64,000 nt of DNA, from the NCBI GenBank assembly GCA_963662715.1, contig OY759724.1, positions 268,670-332,669 on the forward strand, in the 5' to 3' direction. This document shows, piece after piece, positions 1 to 9,846 of this stretch. The translations under genes were made by a program, and so were the position numbers. The DNA comes from Candidatus Omnitrophota bacterium. GTDB taxonomy: Bacteria > Omnitrophota > Gorgyraeia > Zapsychrales > JANLHA01. The notes below the pieces were generated by a model, which saw only the letters and a program-made list of their open reading frames with translations, ran no database searches and was not told the DNA's origin. The number at the start of each line of letters is the position of its first letter. The stretch's first letter is position 1.

Positions 1-2
1 CT

Positions 3-203
3 CTCTGGCAGACCGAGACGGATATCGCCCTCCCCGAAGGGGAAGAAAGCGTTTGGGTGGCTTTTTGGCTGGATAATGGTGAAAATGACTTTGGCAAAAT
101 TGATAATATCATTGTCACCGCCACAGTGGTTCCGGAGCCTGTCAGTTCAATATTATTTGTGATCGGCAGCACCGCCTTTGCTGTAAGACGGCGTTTTCTG
201 TAA
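3..203 (+). CDS. PEP-CTERM domain protein, C-terminal fragment (5' end outside window)
   Basis: Frame 3 translates to ...DNIIVTATVVPEPVSSILFVIGSTAFAVRRRFL*: a VPEP motif, a hydrophobic TM stretch, then an Arg-rich tail, which is the canonical PEP-CTERM exosortase sorting signal; stop TAA at 201-203. Confidence 0.6.
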   Translation, partial: LWQTETDIALPEGEESVWVAFWLDNGENDFGKIDNIIVTATVVPEPVSSILFVIGSTAFAVRRRFL

Positions 204-559
204 TGTCCCGCCCCCTCTTACGGCGCACCGGGTCGACTCTCAAAACAACGGACTAGAATCTGCCGGGATTCCTTTTCCCGGCAATAACCGATCCTGAATT
301 TTAAAGATCCCCTACAAAAGTGTCACTCATGCGTATTGTTCAGGCCCAAAAATAAGGGTGCCAGATATAAACATATCTGGCACCCTGACCGGCCTGCTGC
401 AAGGCTGCTGCTAGCACCCGCAGCCACAGCCGCAACCGGAGCAGACCGGACATCCGCAGGCAGCCGCATAAGCCGCGGCTGACCCTATAGCCAATACACA
501 ACCCATAAGGAATGTAACTATAATCGTTTTCATAAGGAACCTCCTGAATTATATGAAAT

Positions 560-590
560 GATAAAAATTGTTTACCCCTGAAAAGGGGTA
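560..590 (-). terminator. Putative rho-independent terminator for the 591..971 gene
   Basis: Hairpin acccctgaaaaggggt (574-589). On the minus strand it is followed by a T-rich run (aaacaatttttatc), immediately 3' of the minus-strand ORF ending at 591. Confidence 0.35.
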
Positions 591-971
591 TTAACATCGA
601 TAAACACAATTCAGGATATAAATGGGAGGATCACTGCTGAGGGGACTTTTTTGAGCATAGCCAATGATGGATACAAAGTCACCGTGATTTGCGGCAGATG
701 GATACGGAAGGCCTTCCCCAAAAGCCATAAAACTTTCCGGACGGACATCAGACGGCAATACGGCTAAAGCTTTGAGATGGGACTGACAAGTGCATTCGTG
801 ACCGGCATCCGGCACCTTCGGCCCTGCTGAATCCGGACAGCAGTGGCGATAGGGCTTTTCTGTACCCGGATTGGCGTACACGTCCCGAATACAGCAGCAG
901 GCCGTCCCGGATATCATGATAACGGCAGAGAGCAATACAATACCGTATCTATGAAGGGCTTTCCGTGTCAT
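591..971 (-). CDS. Small secreted cysteine-rich hypothetical protein
   Basis: 126-aa ORF with an N-terminal signal-peptide-like hydrophobic segment (IVLLSAVIMISGTA) and 9 Cys; followed by a terminator-like hairpin. No recognisable family. Confidence 0.4.
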   Translation of the reverse strand: MTRKALHRYGIVLLSAVIMISGTACCCIRDVYANPGTEKPYRHCCPDSAGPKVPDAGHECTCQSHLKALAVLPSDVRPESFMAFGEGLPYPSAANHGDFVSIIGYAQKSPLSSDPPIYILNCVYRC

Positions 972-1091
972 ATGGATAGTATATCATTAAACCGACAACT
1001 TTTGAACATTTTGATGTGACAGGGATTCTGGGGCGGGACAAAAGGCCTTATACAACAGTTTGATTTCACGAATAAAAGCTTATAATCTCAA

Positions 1092-1790
1092 TCAGTCCCA
1101 ATCCATAGCCGCATTTGAGTGATCCTTGCCGGCATCTATTTCGGCAGTTGTTTCAGATTCTACAGGCACGGCATAGTATCCGGCTTCGTTTTTTTCTGTT
1201 TCCCACCATCCCAGAATTTCCTGCACACGTTCTTCCTGACTTGCTTCTTTAAACAGCGCGTTCCTGCCGAAGACATTCGGGGGATAACCATTCCTGCTTC
1301 CCCCCAAACCAACAGGATAAGGTCTTGCACGATACGCTTCTATCATGAGAATAGCTTCTTTGCCCACAGTAGATTTATGAGGGAAAGACGCTACGCCCGA
1401 CTCAATGGCCGCGGCAGGCTGATTAGATTCCACATATTTAATTAATCCCGCCATGTCCTTCTTGCCGATCCACCCCTCATATATTTCTGACTTTAAAGAA
1501 CGGTTGGGTTTAGTGAGGTGCTGCACTATCACATTTTGTTTGGTGGCAAGAAAACGCAGTAATTTTAAAGGTTCAGGATGACTATCTTCTGTAAACCAGA
1601 TATAGTTAACCGTGACAGGAGCACCTTTCATTTGTTCATTAACTGTTTTGGCAATCATTTCTTCATATTCTGTATCTGAGAGAGGTTCCAGGTAAGGGAA
1701 GTCGGAAGATGTGACTTTTGAGCGGGTGGCGGCTACTATTATGAATACAGCCCAAGAAATACAAGCCAACAATATAAGTTTCTTGCTCAT
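1092..1790 (-). CDS. Hypothetical exported/membrane-anchored protein
   Basis: The ORF track gives 1092..1931, but the likely start is the internal Met at 1790 (MSKKLILLACISWAVFIIVAATRS, a signal/anchor sequence), where a minus-strand ATG was verified. No recognisable catalytic motif. Confidence 0.5.
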   Translation of the reverse strand: MSKKLILLACISWAVFIIVAATRSKVTSSDFPYLEPLSDTEYEEMIAKTVNEQMKGAPVTVNYIWFTEDSHPEPLKLLRFLATKQNVIVQHLTKPNRSLKSEIYEGWIGKKDMAGLIKYVESNQPAAAIESGVASFPHKSTVGKEAILMIEAYRARPYPVGLGGSRNGYPPNVFGRNALFKEASQEERVQEILGWWETEKNEAGYYAVPVESETTAEIDAGKDHSNAAMDWD

Positions 1791-1951
1791 ATTAATAATA
1801 CTATACCATATCTCTGGTAATTTTTTAAAGATTGATAAAAAACAGCGAGCCTGCATCAAGGAGATAGCGATGCAGGGAAAGTATTTATTTGCGGTTATTT
1901 TTGAATTAAATGGGCACCTTGTGGGGACCAAGAACCCCTATTTTAAAACAA

Positions 1952-2299
1952 CTACACCAAGGCAGCGAATAACCTTACCATATCTAATAAAAAGAAAAAA
2001 ACTAGGCCTATCCAAGCAAGACACATAAGCGGTCCTTTGGGAATAATGTAGGCTAATTTATTGTCAGAGGCACTCAATTTTGGATGAGCCAGTTCCACTT
2101 TCTTAAAAATCAAGACGCCTAATGAATCTAGTATCATCGCGGCTGATATCCCCGCAAGGGGCATGATTAAAACGCTCTTCCTAGTTAAATAGAATATAAA
2201 AACGCAAACGAAAAGGACTACTAAATAAAAACGTATTTTTAGCCTACTTAATTCCAAATCTTTTGTTGTCGCATCCCTTGCCCACCACTGAATTGGCAT
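1952..2299 (-). CDS. Small integral membrane protein (hypothetical)
   Basis: 115 aa with 3 predicted hydrophobic helices; no family recognised. Confidence 0.35.
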   Translation of the reverse strand: MPIQWWARDATTKDLELSRLKIRFYLVVLFVCVFIFYLTRKSVLIMPLAGISAAMILDSLGVLIFKKVELAHPKLSASDNKLAYIIPKGPLMCLAWIGLVFFFLLDMVRLFAALV

Positions 2300-2348
2300 G
2301 ATCCCATCCTAGGATTAAATGTTGTTTTTCTTCCGATCTTATTTATAC

Positions 2349-2529
2349 TGACCCCAGTTAACAAATTTGACTAAATGGTGTAGAATTGAGTTCCAAGGAA
2401 AGGAGCCCAATTCTGATGAAAAAACGCCAATGGACCAGCCAGCAAAAGACCCAAATCGTGCTTGAAGGCCTTAGTGGGAAAATCGACTTCTTGGGGACTG
2501 GCACTTTCATTTTAAAGACTTCCGCTTAA
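2349..2529 (+). mobile_element. Remnant of a second IS3-family element (left end plus first 37 codons of orfA)
   Basis: ATG at 2416 encodes MKKRQWTSQQKTQIVLEGLSGK..., which parallels the intact IS orfA product at 6031 (TPDEKIRIVLEGLRGD). Preceded by TGACCCCAG... (IS3-type TG start). The ORF stops after 37 aa at 2529 and the rest of the element is absent. Confidence 0.5.
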
Positions 2530-2535
2530 ACAATG

Positions 2536-3770
2536 CTATTCTTCCATTTCATCAACAAAGACTGTTTGATCGCCAATTGTTGCACGTAATCTTCTATTTT
2601 GCACAGGGATATCTATATATTCCGCCAGCCGGCTACCTTTTTCTGCCATATTTAAACATAAGCGCAAATATGCCTTTGAAGTGATATGGAACCCATCAAA
2701 GGTTTCATAATCGGTAGCTCCCAACTCGGCTAAATCAGAAAAGTCGTAAAACTCAAAGCCATAAGATTTAAAGAGAGGCTGTAGGGATAGGGATAACTTC
2801 CACATATACCCATATTTCTCACCGTAAGACTGTAATTTCTCATAAACAACATGCGCGAAAGGCGGCGCAAGAAAGCAATGACGTGAATATTGCGGGCCCG
2901 GCACTCGATTAGAAAGCCCTCGACTTCTCTAAGTGCAGAGACAGAAACATCATCCCCATATTCAAAACGGTTATCCCCCGAGGCTATTCTTCCCATCTCG
3001 TGTTTGAATTCTGTATGAGTCTCTGAAGTCACCTTATAATCACTGCCCACATCTGCATAACAATAACTCCCATCGTTCCTATAACCCCGATGACTTATCA
3101 GTGCGCTGAGCCCAACCGCATTTCGTCTTTTTTCTTCAGACAGCAGGTCATGCAGAGAAAATTTTTTCTTAAAGAAATCATCATAAATCTCACGCCATTT
3201 GGTTAACAAAACAAACAAACCAAACGGCTCGTTATGAATTCTGTTATTGCTTTGGGTCAACTCTTTTTTATTACCCGCCCAGTTGTCATTAAAAACCCAG
3301 TGATCAAGCCCAAGCAGTAGGACATCCGGCTCACTCCCCCGGGGAATTTTCCTCAAAACAAATTTTAGATCTTCGATTCTTTCAATAGTTTGACTAGCGT
3401 TGTAAAAATCCTGCCTTTGCTTAAAAAAGTTTGCCCTCATTTGATTTGTCCTTGAACTCCCCAAAGAAAGAATCCTTGGCTTTCTTAATTTCAAAGACAA
3501 CAATTTGTAATACTGATCGACTCCTGTATAGGCTCTTCCGAAGAAAACATCCTGCGGACTTTCGCTTTGGCGGTGAATGACCGTCTTCAACGAAGTAATT
3601 TCTCCAGATTGAACTAGCACAAACAACGGGAACAATAATACTAAAGAGAAAGCAAGCATAAAAGGGACAAAACAGATAAGCTTGCGTCGTATTATTTTGG
3701 CAGACTTAAGGGAAAAAAGATCGTGATCAAAATTGAAAATAGATAAATTCATTTCCACCGTAATTCCCAA
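2536..3770 (-). pseudogene. MBOAT partner protein (AlgJ/AlgX/DltD-like, DHHW-type), apparently frameshifted
   Basis: Two overlapping ORFs (2730..3770 and 2536..2904) in different frames together read as one protein: N-terminal TM anchor, a DHW motif (LLLGLDHWVFNDNW), and the C-terminal part (DGFHITSKAY...) continues in the second frame. Lies directly downstream of the MBOAT gene. Either a frameshift or a sequencing error near 2880-2905. Confidence 0.5.
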
Positions 3771-5157
3771 ATATAATAATAAGGACTAAAAAAGCATTAT
3801 AAAGCAAAGCTTTGGCAAAAGGATTCATTCTACGCACTACCATTAAATCATCATGCCAGTACTGAAAGAACTGCACGCAAACCAGCGGTAAGGAGTACAG
3901 GGCGATGGTCAACAATGTATCTTTCAATCCATACCCAGACACGACACGAAAATCAGTTATTAAGGCTGTGACTTGAATCCTAAGGTGCGACAAAGATTCT
4001 GAACGAAAAATCAGCCATCCAAAGCATACAAAATGAAAAAAACACAGCATGCGGATACCGGACCACATGCGGCGAAAAATAACGTTTTTAAATTCAGGAA
4101 TAAGGGATATAAACGGCAGCAAAATGCGATGAATCGCTAATAACGCCCCATGGTAAAAACCCCAGAGGACAAAAGTCCACGCGGCACCATGCCACAAGCC
4201 GCCCAAAATCATCGTGATAAACAGATTTCTTAAGGTAACAAGCCGTCCTTTTTTGCTACCGCCAAAGCTAATGTATACGTAATCCCGCAGCCAAGTCGAT
4301 AAACTAATATGCCATCGCCTCCAGAATTCCTGCGGATTTCTAGCGCAATAAGGCAAGTTAAAATTAACCATAAGATCGATCCCCATGCATTTCGCTAGGC
4401 CTCGAGCTATGCTTGAGTATCCGGCAAAATCTCCGAATATTTGCACAGCAAAAGCGTACATGCCGAGCAATAAAAACACCCCGTTGCATTCACCTTTATT
4501 AGAAAAAATGTCATTGGCTATACGCGCGACATTATCGGCAACAAAAACCTTAAGAACATACCCCCATAAAATAAGATAAGCGCCTTCCGACATTTTCTCC
4601 AAAGTTATTCGGCGGGGTTCTGTAATTTGCGGCAGAAGGCTTTTCGCCCTCTCTATGGGACCAGCAACAAGCTGAGGGAAGAAAGCCACGAAAAGAGCGA
4701 AATCAAAAAAATTCTTTGTGGACCGCAATTTATAGCGATAAATATCAAAAGTATAACTCATTGTCTGAAACGTATAAAAAGATATACCAACCGGCAAGAT
4801 AACATGAATTAAGTTCAGGTGGACGGGGACCCCCCAAAAAGCCAGTAGTTGCTGGAGATTAGCAGCAAAAAAATTAAAATATTTAAAAAACCCGAGAATT
4901 GACAAATTCGTGATTATACTGAGAGATAAAAACAATTTTCGTTTTGAGGGATCTTCTGTTTCGTTTATCTTGATGCCGCAGAAGAAATCGATGACAGTAG
5001 AAAGCCAAATGAGCGACAAAAACCGCCAATCCCAGGCCCCATAAAAAAAATAGCTTGCGACAAGAAGCAGCCTGTTCTGCCACCGATGTTCGAGGACAAG
5101 GTATAAAGCATAAACACCCAGGAAAAAAACGACAAATTCTAGCGAATTGAAAAGCAT
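3727..5157 (-). CDS. MBOAT family membrane-bound O-acyltransferase (AlgI/DltB-like)
   Basis: 476 aa, multi-TM, with the conserved MBOAT signatures WRRWHISLSTWLRDYVY and GGLWHGAAWTF including the invariant His. Confidence 0.85.
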   Translation of the reverse strand: MLFNSLEFVVFFLGVYALYLVLEHRWQNRLLLVASYFFYGAWDWRFLSLIWLSTVIDFFCGIKINETEDPSKRKLFLSLSIITNLSILGFFKYFNFFAANLQQLLAFWGVPVHLNLIHVILPVGISFYTFQTMSYTFDIYRYKLRSTKNFFDFALFVAFFPQLVAGPIERAKSLLPQITEPRRITLEKMSEGAYLILWGYVLKVFVADNVARIANDIFSNKGECNGVFLLLGMYAFAVQIFGDFAGYSSIARGLAKCMGIDLMVNFNLPYCARNPQEFWRRWHISLSTWLRDYVYISFGGSKKGRLVTLRNLFITMILGGLWHGAAWTFVLWGFYHGALLAIHRILLPFISLIPEFKNVIFRRMWSGIRMLCFFHFVCFGWLIFRSESLSHLRIQVTALITDFRVVSGYGLKDTLLTIALYSLPLVCVQFFQYWHDDLMVVRRMNPFAKALLYNAFLVLIIIFGNYGGNEFIYFQF

Positions 5158-5525
5158 ATAGAAATTAAGTAGCGCGCATATGTGTGAAATATCTTATAAA
5201 TTTATCTTGGAAATACATGATTAGACTGCAAGGTTGAAAAAATATTATATCTGATTAATTAAAAAGTTGTCAATGGCGATTACTTAGATTATTATGTCTT
5301 TCCAAAATATATTAACAGCTTGGGTAAATTTTAGTATGATTAAAAAAGTGGCCAATGGGGACTCTTTGGGCACCACAAAAAAACGACACATCATTTCCCG
5401 GCACAACAAAAACTTTAGGAAAAGGACTTCCCGATAAAACTAAAGCATGACTTGTCGAAGTGACACCGAGAAGTACGCTCGAACAACCTATCTTCAAATA
5501 TGCTATTTCTTTTCATGATCGGCAT

Positions 5526-5885
5526 TTACTGATCTTTCATTCCAGCCTTCTCACTATCCTGAAATTCACCTGCTTTCCATAAACCGACTTGCTCAACAAT
5601 ATTCCCTTCTTCATCTTGAAAAATTTTTCTCCCTTGACCATCAAACTTGTTGTTTTTAAATTCTCCTTTATAAAAAGAACCATTGGCATAAATCATCTTC
5701 CCCTTTCCATCGCATTGACCATTTTTAAATTCGCCTTCATAACGGGAGCCGTCTGCATAGGTAAACACGCCCTTTGACATAAGTCCTATTTTGAATTCTC
5801 CCTCATAACGGGAGCCATTCACCAACACAGCAACACCATTCCCGTCAGGCAAATTATTCTTAAAATCACCTTCATAAATATTCCC
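5526..5885 (-). pseudogene. MORN-repeat protein, 5'-truncated
   Basis: Repeated YEGEFKNG / YKGEFKNNKFDGQG MORN units. The in-frame reading continues upstream of the ORF-track start (GNIYEGDFKNNLPDG) until an in-frame TGA at 5886-5888, with no start codon or RBS. The truncation point lies 40 bp from the IS3 left end. Confidence 0.5.
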
Positions 5886-6030
5886 TCATTTCGTTTGAAG
5901 ACATACAGTGTTTCCAGTCAGCAAAATTGAGACAAATGAGCGGATAAAAATAAGAGAGAAATTTTAGGGTTGAGAAGCCCTGATTTCGGCTCCATAATGA
6001 GGCTTTAGGCCTCAGGAAAGGAGCAAAAGA

Positions 6031-6363
6031 ATGAGCAAGCCAAAAGATGTTGTGAAAGAAATCCGCAGGGCAACCCGCCGAAAATTTACCCCAGACGAAA
6101 AGATCCGCATTGTGCTGGAAGGTCTTCGGGGAGATATCCCGATATCTGAAATCTGCCGAAAAGAAGGCATCGCCGCATCCGTTTATTATAAATGGTCAAA
6201 AGAATTTCTTGAGACGGGCAAGAATGGTCTAACCCGTTCAACAATGAGGGAGGCCACTAGCGATGAGGTGAAAGCGCTAAAGAACGAGAATGCCGATTTG
6301 AAGCGGGTGGTGGCGGATTTGACGCTGGATTTGGTGAAATATAAAAAAAGTCTTGGCATGTAG
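6031..6363 (+). CDS. IS3-family transposase OrfA (HTH)
   Basis: 110 aa, HTH region RIVLEGLRGDIPISEICRKEGIAASVYYKWSKEF; ends just after the A AAA AAG slippery heptamer. Confidence 0.85.
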   Translation: MSKPKDVVKEIRRATRRKFTPDEKIRIVLEGLRGDIPISEICRKEGIAASVYYKWSKEFLETGKNGLTRSTMREATSDEVKALKNENADLKRVVADLTLDLVKYKKSLGM

Positions 6364-7372
6364 ACGGCGGTACGGTCGCATGAAGGGACGAGATAAACTA
6401 GAAATCATTCGGGTGGTGGAATCCTCTGGTTTAAGCGCAACGAAAACACTAGAAAAGATCAATATTCCACGTGGTACATACTATCGATGGAAAAAGAGGC
6501 TCAAAGAACACGGTTATCGAGGGCTTCAAGACATGAGGCCCCATCATCGCAGGATGTGGAATCAACTCACACCGGATGAAGAAAATACGATCATGGAAGT
6601 TGCGTTATTGAACCCGGAATGGTCAAGCAGACAGGTCAGCTTATATATATCTGATCGTTGTGGCTTCAGTATTTCAGAGTCAACGGTCTATCGGCGGATG
6701 AAAGCCCACGGATTGATCAAGGAACCAGACATCAGGAGATTCCCTGCGGGGAAAGAATATAAGATCAAGACGATCCGGATAAATCAACAGTGGCAAACCG
6801 ATGCGACTTATTTGAAAGTTGACCGATGGGGTTGGTTTTATCTGATTAGCGTGCTGGATGATTATTCCCGGAAGATATTGGCTTGGCAGTTGAAGAAATC
6901 GATGCGGGCAGAAGACTTCAGTGATGTCGTAGAGTTGGCCTGTGAATTTTCCGGTATCACCAAAGACGATAAAGAATCTGTCCGGTTGGTGAGCGATAAT
7001 GGTTCAGCGCTTATTTCAAAAGACTTCGGAGATTATCTCGAAGCCAAAGGGTTGGGCCATATCCTGGCCTCGCCGTACCATCCGCGAACGAATGGCAAGA
7101 TCGAGCGGTTTCATCGAAGCGCCAAGGAGACGATTCTTCTGCATGTCTGGGATAGCCCTGAACGGCTTGAGGATGAAATCGCGCGATTTATTCACTGGTA
7201 CAACTCACGGCGTTATCATGAAGGGATTGGTAATGTGACACCGGACGATGTTTATTATGGACGGCGTGATCAGATACAAAGACGAAGGCAAAATTTGAAG
7301 CAAAAGACTATTCTTGCCAGAAGGAAATATAACGGTAAAATAATGAATATTGGAGCTGAAATCGTCTCTTAA
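6353..7372 (+). CDS. IS3-family transposase OrfB (DDE integrase core; made as OrfAB fusion by -1 frameshift)
   Basis: 339 aa with rve-type DDE region (WQTDATYLKV...LVSDNGSALISKDF...HPRTNGKIERFHRS); the -1 frame overlaps the orfA end. Confidence 0.85.
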   Translation: MACRRRYGRMKGRDKLEIIRVVESSGLSATKTLEKINIPRGTYYRWKKRLKEHGYRGLQDMRPHHRRMWNQLTPDEENTIMEVALLNPEWSSRQVSLYISDRCGFSISESTVYRRMKAHGLIKEPDIRRFPAGKEYKIKTIRINQQWQTDATYLKVDRWGWFYLISVLDDYSRKILAWQLKKSMRAEDFSDVVELACEFSGITKDDKESVRLVSDNGSALISKDFGDYLEAKGLGHILASPYHPRTNGKIERFHRSAKETILLHVWDSPERLEDEIARFIHWYNSRRYHEGIGNVTPDDVYYGRRDQIQRRRQNLKQKTILARRKYNGKIMNIGAEIVS

Positions 7373-7392
7373 ATTAAATTGCAATTTGTCTC

Positions 7393-7558
7393 GTGACACA
7401 ACGCAACGGTCTTTTTCCGTAACCTGTTGATTCTCTTTGACTTGCCATGAAATAGGTGCTCCTTTATACAAACTTTTAAATGGTTGATACAGCTCGAAAT
7501 CTGTAAGCTTTACATCTTCAACTTTGATATATCGTACCATCATATCATATTCGTTCAT
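7393..7558 (-). pseudogene. 5' fragment of an unknown gene interrupted by the IS3 right end
   Basis: ORF 7205..7558 reads as plausible protein (MNEYDMMVRYIKVEDVKLTDFELYQPF...) only for its first ~55 codons (down to the IS boundary at 7392); the remainder is antisense IS sequence. Confidence 0.3.
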
Positions 7559-7675
7559 CTCGGCAGATGAACGAATATGATAAAATTGTCTACAACTGAA
7601 TAAGATGCAATATGTTATATTAATTTTACTGAGTCGTCAAGGTTGGCTCTTAATGTAGGTGAGCATATTAATTTA

Positions 7676-9352
7676 TTAAACGTGTTCGTTACTTAAAAGC
7701 GAATAAATTTTATTTTTGATATCCGGGATTAAAGCTGGCTGAACGCTAAAATTTCTGATCCCAATATTTAACAGCTCCTCAGTAAAATTCTGATTTCCGG
7801 CTAGTTCACCGCAAATACAGCACTCTTTACCACAATCCTTTGCTTTTTGAATGGCCGTTTTCAAAGCAGGCAGAATTAATTGATTTCCGGCTTCATAATA
7901 ATCTGAAACATCAAGTTTTTCTCTTCCAGCGGCCATCACATATTGGACCAAATCATTGGTTCCAAAACTTATAAAGTCACATTGTTCAAGAAGTTCATCA
8001 ATGCACATAAGGGACGCGGGTGTCTCAATCATTGCACCCAAAGGGACATCTGCATTAAAGGGAATACCGTCTTCCGCAAGCCTTTGCTTCTCTTGCGCAA
8101 GATACTGTCTGACCGCCTTCACGTCCTTAGGCAGCGAAACCATTGGAATGACTATATGAACATTAAATTTTTTGCGTAACCTTAAAAAAACACGAAGCTG
8201 CAACTCCAATAAACGAGGATATTTTAGCAGAAAGCGAATGCCATTTAATCCCAGGGCAGGGTCTTTCAAATCAATAAAGTTTAAAAAAGGCAAAGATTTG
8301 TCTCCTCCAATATCAAGCAGACGTAAATAAATATTTTGTTCTGATAAACAATTTAAGGTTTTTGTTAATTTCCGAAAAAGCTCATCTTCCGTTGGAAGAT
8401 TATTTTTCCCCATATAAAAAGGCTCCGTCCGATAAAGTCCAATGCCGTCGGCTTTAAAACTTTTAGCCAACTGAAATTCACTATATGATGATACATTAGC
8501 GTACACTCGAACAGGCTGGCCGTTCTTCTCAAGTGAAACTCCTTGTATTTCTTGAATTATTATTTTTTTTGATTTTAACCGCTCCTGGATCAAACGGGGA
8601 TAGGATTTAAGTTCTTCCTGTGTTGGATTAATTATTATCTCTCCATTATCGCCATCAACGGCAACTTTATGATCCGAAAGAAAAGCACCGTTCGTAATAT
8701 TTATTTTTGCTACAAAAGGTATATCTAACGCCCGGGCAAGTATTGCGGCATGAGAATTTTGCGTCCCCTCAATCGTCACAATAGCTTTAGCATTTTTTAT
8801 ATTCAGCAACGCCGTATCCGAAGGAAGCAGTCTTTGTGCAAAAATAACGGCATCTTTAGGAAGGGTTGTTAAGTCATTCTTATTAACACCCAAAAGAACC
8901 TTGAGCAGGCGTTTACCGACATCGACAATATCATTCGCCCGATCTTGGAAAACATTGTTTTTAGCGCCGCGTAATTTCTGCTCATGCCGCTGAAAAACAT
9001 TTTGAACAACTTGCTCCACATTTAACAGCTTGTTTTTTATCTCATCTTCAATCTCTCTAATAAGACTAATATCCCTCAACATCATTTGATGGGCACCAAA
9101 TATCTCAGCATGTTTTGCATCAATATTCGAGGTTACTTGAGATTTTAAACTAGCAAGATCATGATGCGCCTTGTCTATGGCGCTTTTTAACCTATGGACT
9201 TCACCCTCAACTTGATTTTCATTAATATTCATAAATTCAAATTCCCGAGTCAAAATATCCTGGTAATAAAAAATATGTCCAATTGCAAAGCCCGTAACGA
9301 TAGTCTCTCCGTTAAAAACAATTCGATCTGAAAAATTTTCGGTCATAATCAC
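7676..9352 (-). CDS. ptsI: Phosphoenolpyruvate-protein phosphotransferase (PTS Enzyme I)
   Basis: 558 aa; phosphohistidine region GTQNSHAAILARALDIPFV and the PEP-utilising C-terminal TIM-barrel motifs (GIGLYRTE, LLDIGGDK, FISFGTNDLVQY). Confidence 0.9.
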   Translation of the reverse strand: MIMTENFSDRIVFNGETIVTGFAIGHIFYYQDILTREFEFMNINENQVEGEVHRLKSAIDKAHHDLASLKSQVTSNIDAKHAEIFGAHQMMLRDISLIREIEDEIKNKLLNVEQVVQNVFQRHEQKLRGAKNNVFQDRANDIVDVGKRLLKVLLGVNKNDLTTLPKDAVIFAQRLLPSDTALLNIKNAKAIVTIEGTQNSHAAILARALDIPFVAKINITNGAFLSDHKVAVDGDNGEIIINPTQEELKSYPRLIQERLKSKKIIIQEIQGVSLEKNGQPVRVYANVSSYSEFQLAKSFKADGIGLYRTEPFYMGKNNLPTEDELFRKLTKTLNCLSEQNIYLRLLDIGGDKSLPFLNFIDLKDPALGLNGIRFLLKYPRLLELQLRVFLRLRKKFNVHIVIPMVSLPKDVKAVRQYLAQEKQRLAEDGIPFNADVPLGAMIETPASLMCIDELLEQCDFISFGTNDLVQYVMAAGREKLDVSDYYEAGNQLILPALKTAIQKAKDCGKECCICGELAGNQNFTEELLNIGIRNFSVQPALIPDIKNKIYSLLSNEHV

Positions 9353-9369
9353 CGCTCATCTTTTTAATA

Positions 9370-9846
9370 TTAAATAGTTTTTTTTGAACACTCGTTCAAT
9401 CGCTTCTCGAGTTCCGCAACCTTTTTACGAAGATTGTCGATCATATTCTGGTCAGTAACATCTTTAAAAGTAATGATGATTAACTTCGTTCGGTTGGCTT
9501 CCATAACAAACCGGCAGGCATTAAGTAACATTGCCCTCTTCCCGATACCAGGAAAATCATGTTCGACTTCAAAGTTATCAAAACTCTTATTTTTAGGAAG
9601 AATGTCTTCCAGTAAATGCCTAAGTTTTGGAATGTCCCACTGACCATCGCCCAATTCATAAATAAACTCTTCTTCGGTCTCTTCAGGAACTACGCCAAAA
9701 GTCTGATAGAAAGCGCGATTGGCTAAGGCCACCTTTAAATCTCCATACAAAATGATTAAGGGATTATGCACGGTATTAATAATACGGTCTGTGTATCCAA
9801 ATGCATCTGCGGTTGCCAACTCATTCATTTTTTCTTTGTAGCTCAT
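9370..9846 (-). CDS. PAS-domain protein
   Basis: 158 aa; PAS-like core (NPLIILYGDLKVALANRAFYQTFG ... GKRAMLLNACRF); 17 nt upstream of ptsI on the same strand. Confidence 0.5.
   Translation of the reverse strand: MSYKEKMNELATADAFGYTDRIINTVHNPLIILYGDLKVALANRAFYQTFGVVPEETEEEFIYELGDGQWDIPKLRHLLEDILPKNKSFDNFEVEHDFPGIGKRAMLLNACRFVMEANRTKLIIITFKDVTDQNMIDNLRKKVAELEKRLNECSKKTI

Larger units (their letters stand above)
5928..7392 (+). mobile_element. IS3-family insertion sequence (complete orfA/orfB)
   Basis: orfA (HTH) and orfB (DDE/rve) overlap with an A7G slippery site at 6343-6350. The termini are imperfect inverted repeats TGAGACAAAT (5928-5937) and ATTTGTCTC(g) (7384-7392). A truncated second copy is at 24092-24379. 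Confidence 0.85.

Noticed and set aside
340-609. 89-aa minus-strand ORF from the track
   Set aside because: Overlaps the terminator hairpin of the 591..971 gene and a GC-rich repetitive stretch; the protein is low-complexity (LRLRLWLRVLAAAL) with no start context. Likely spurious.
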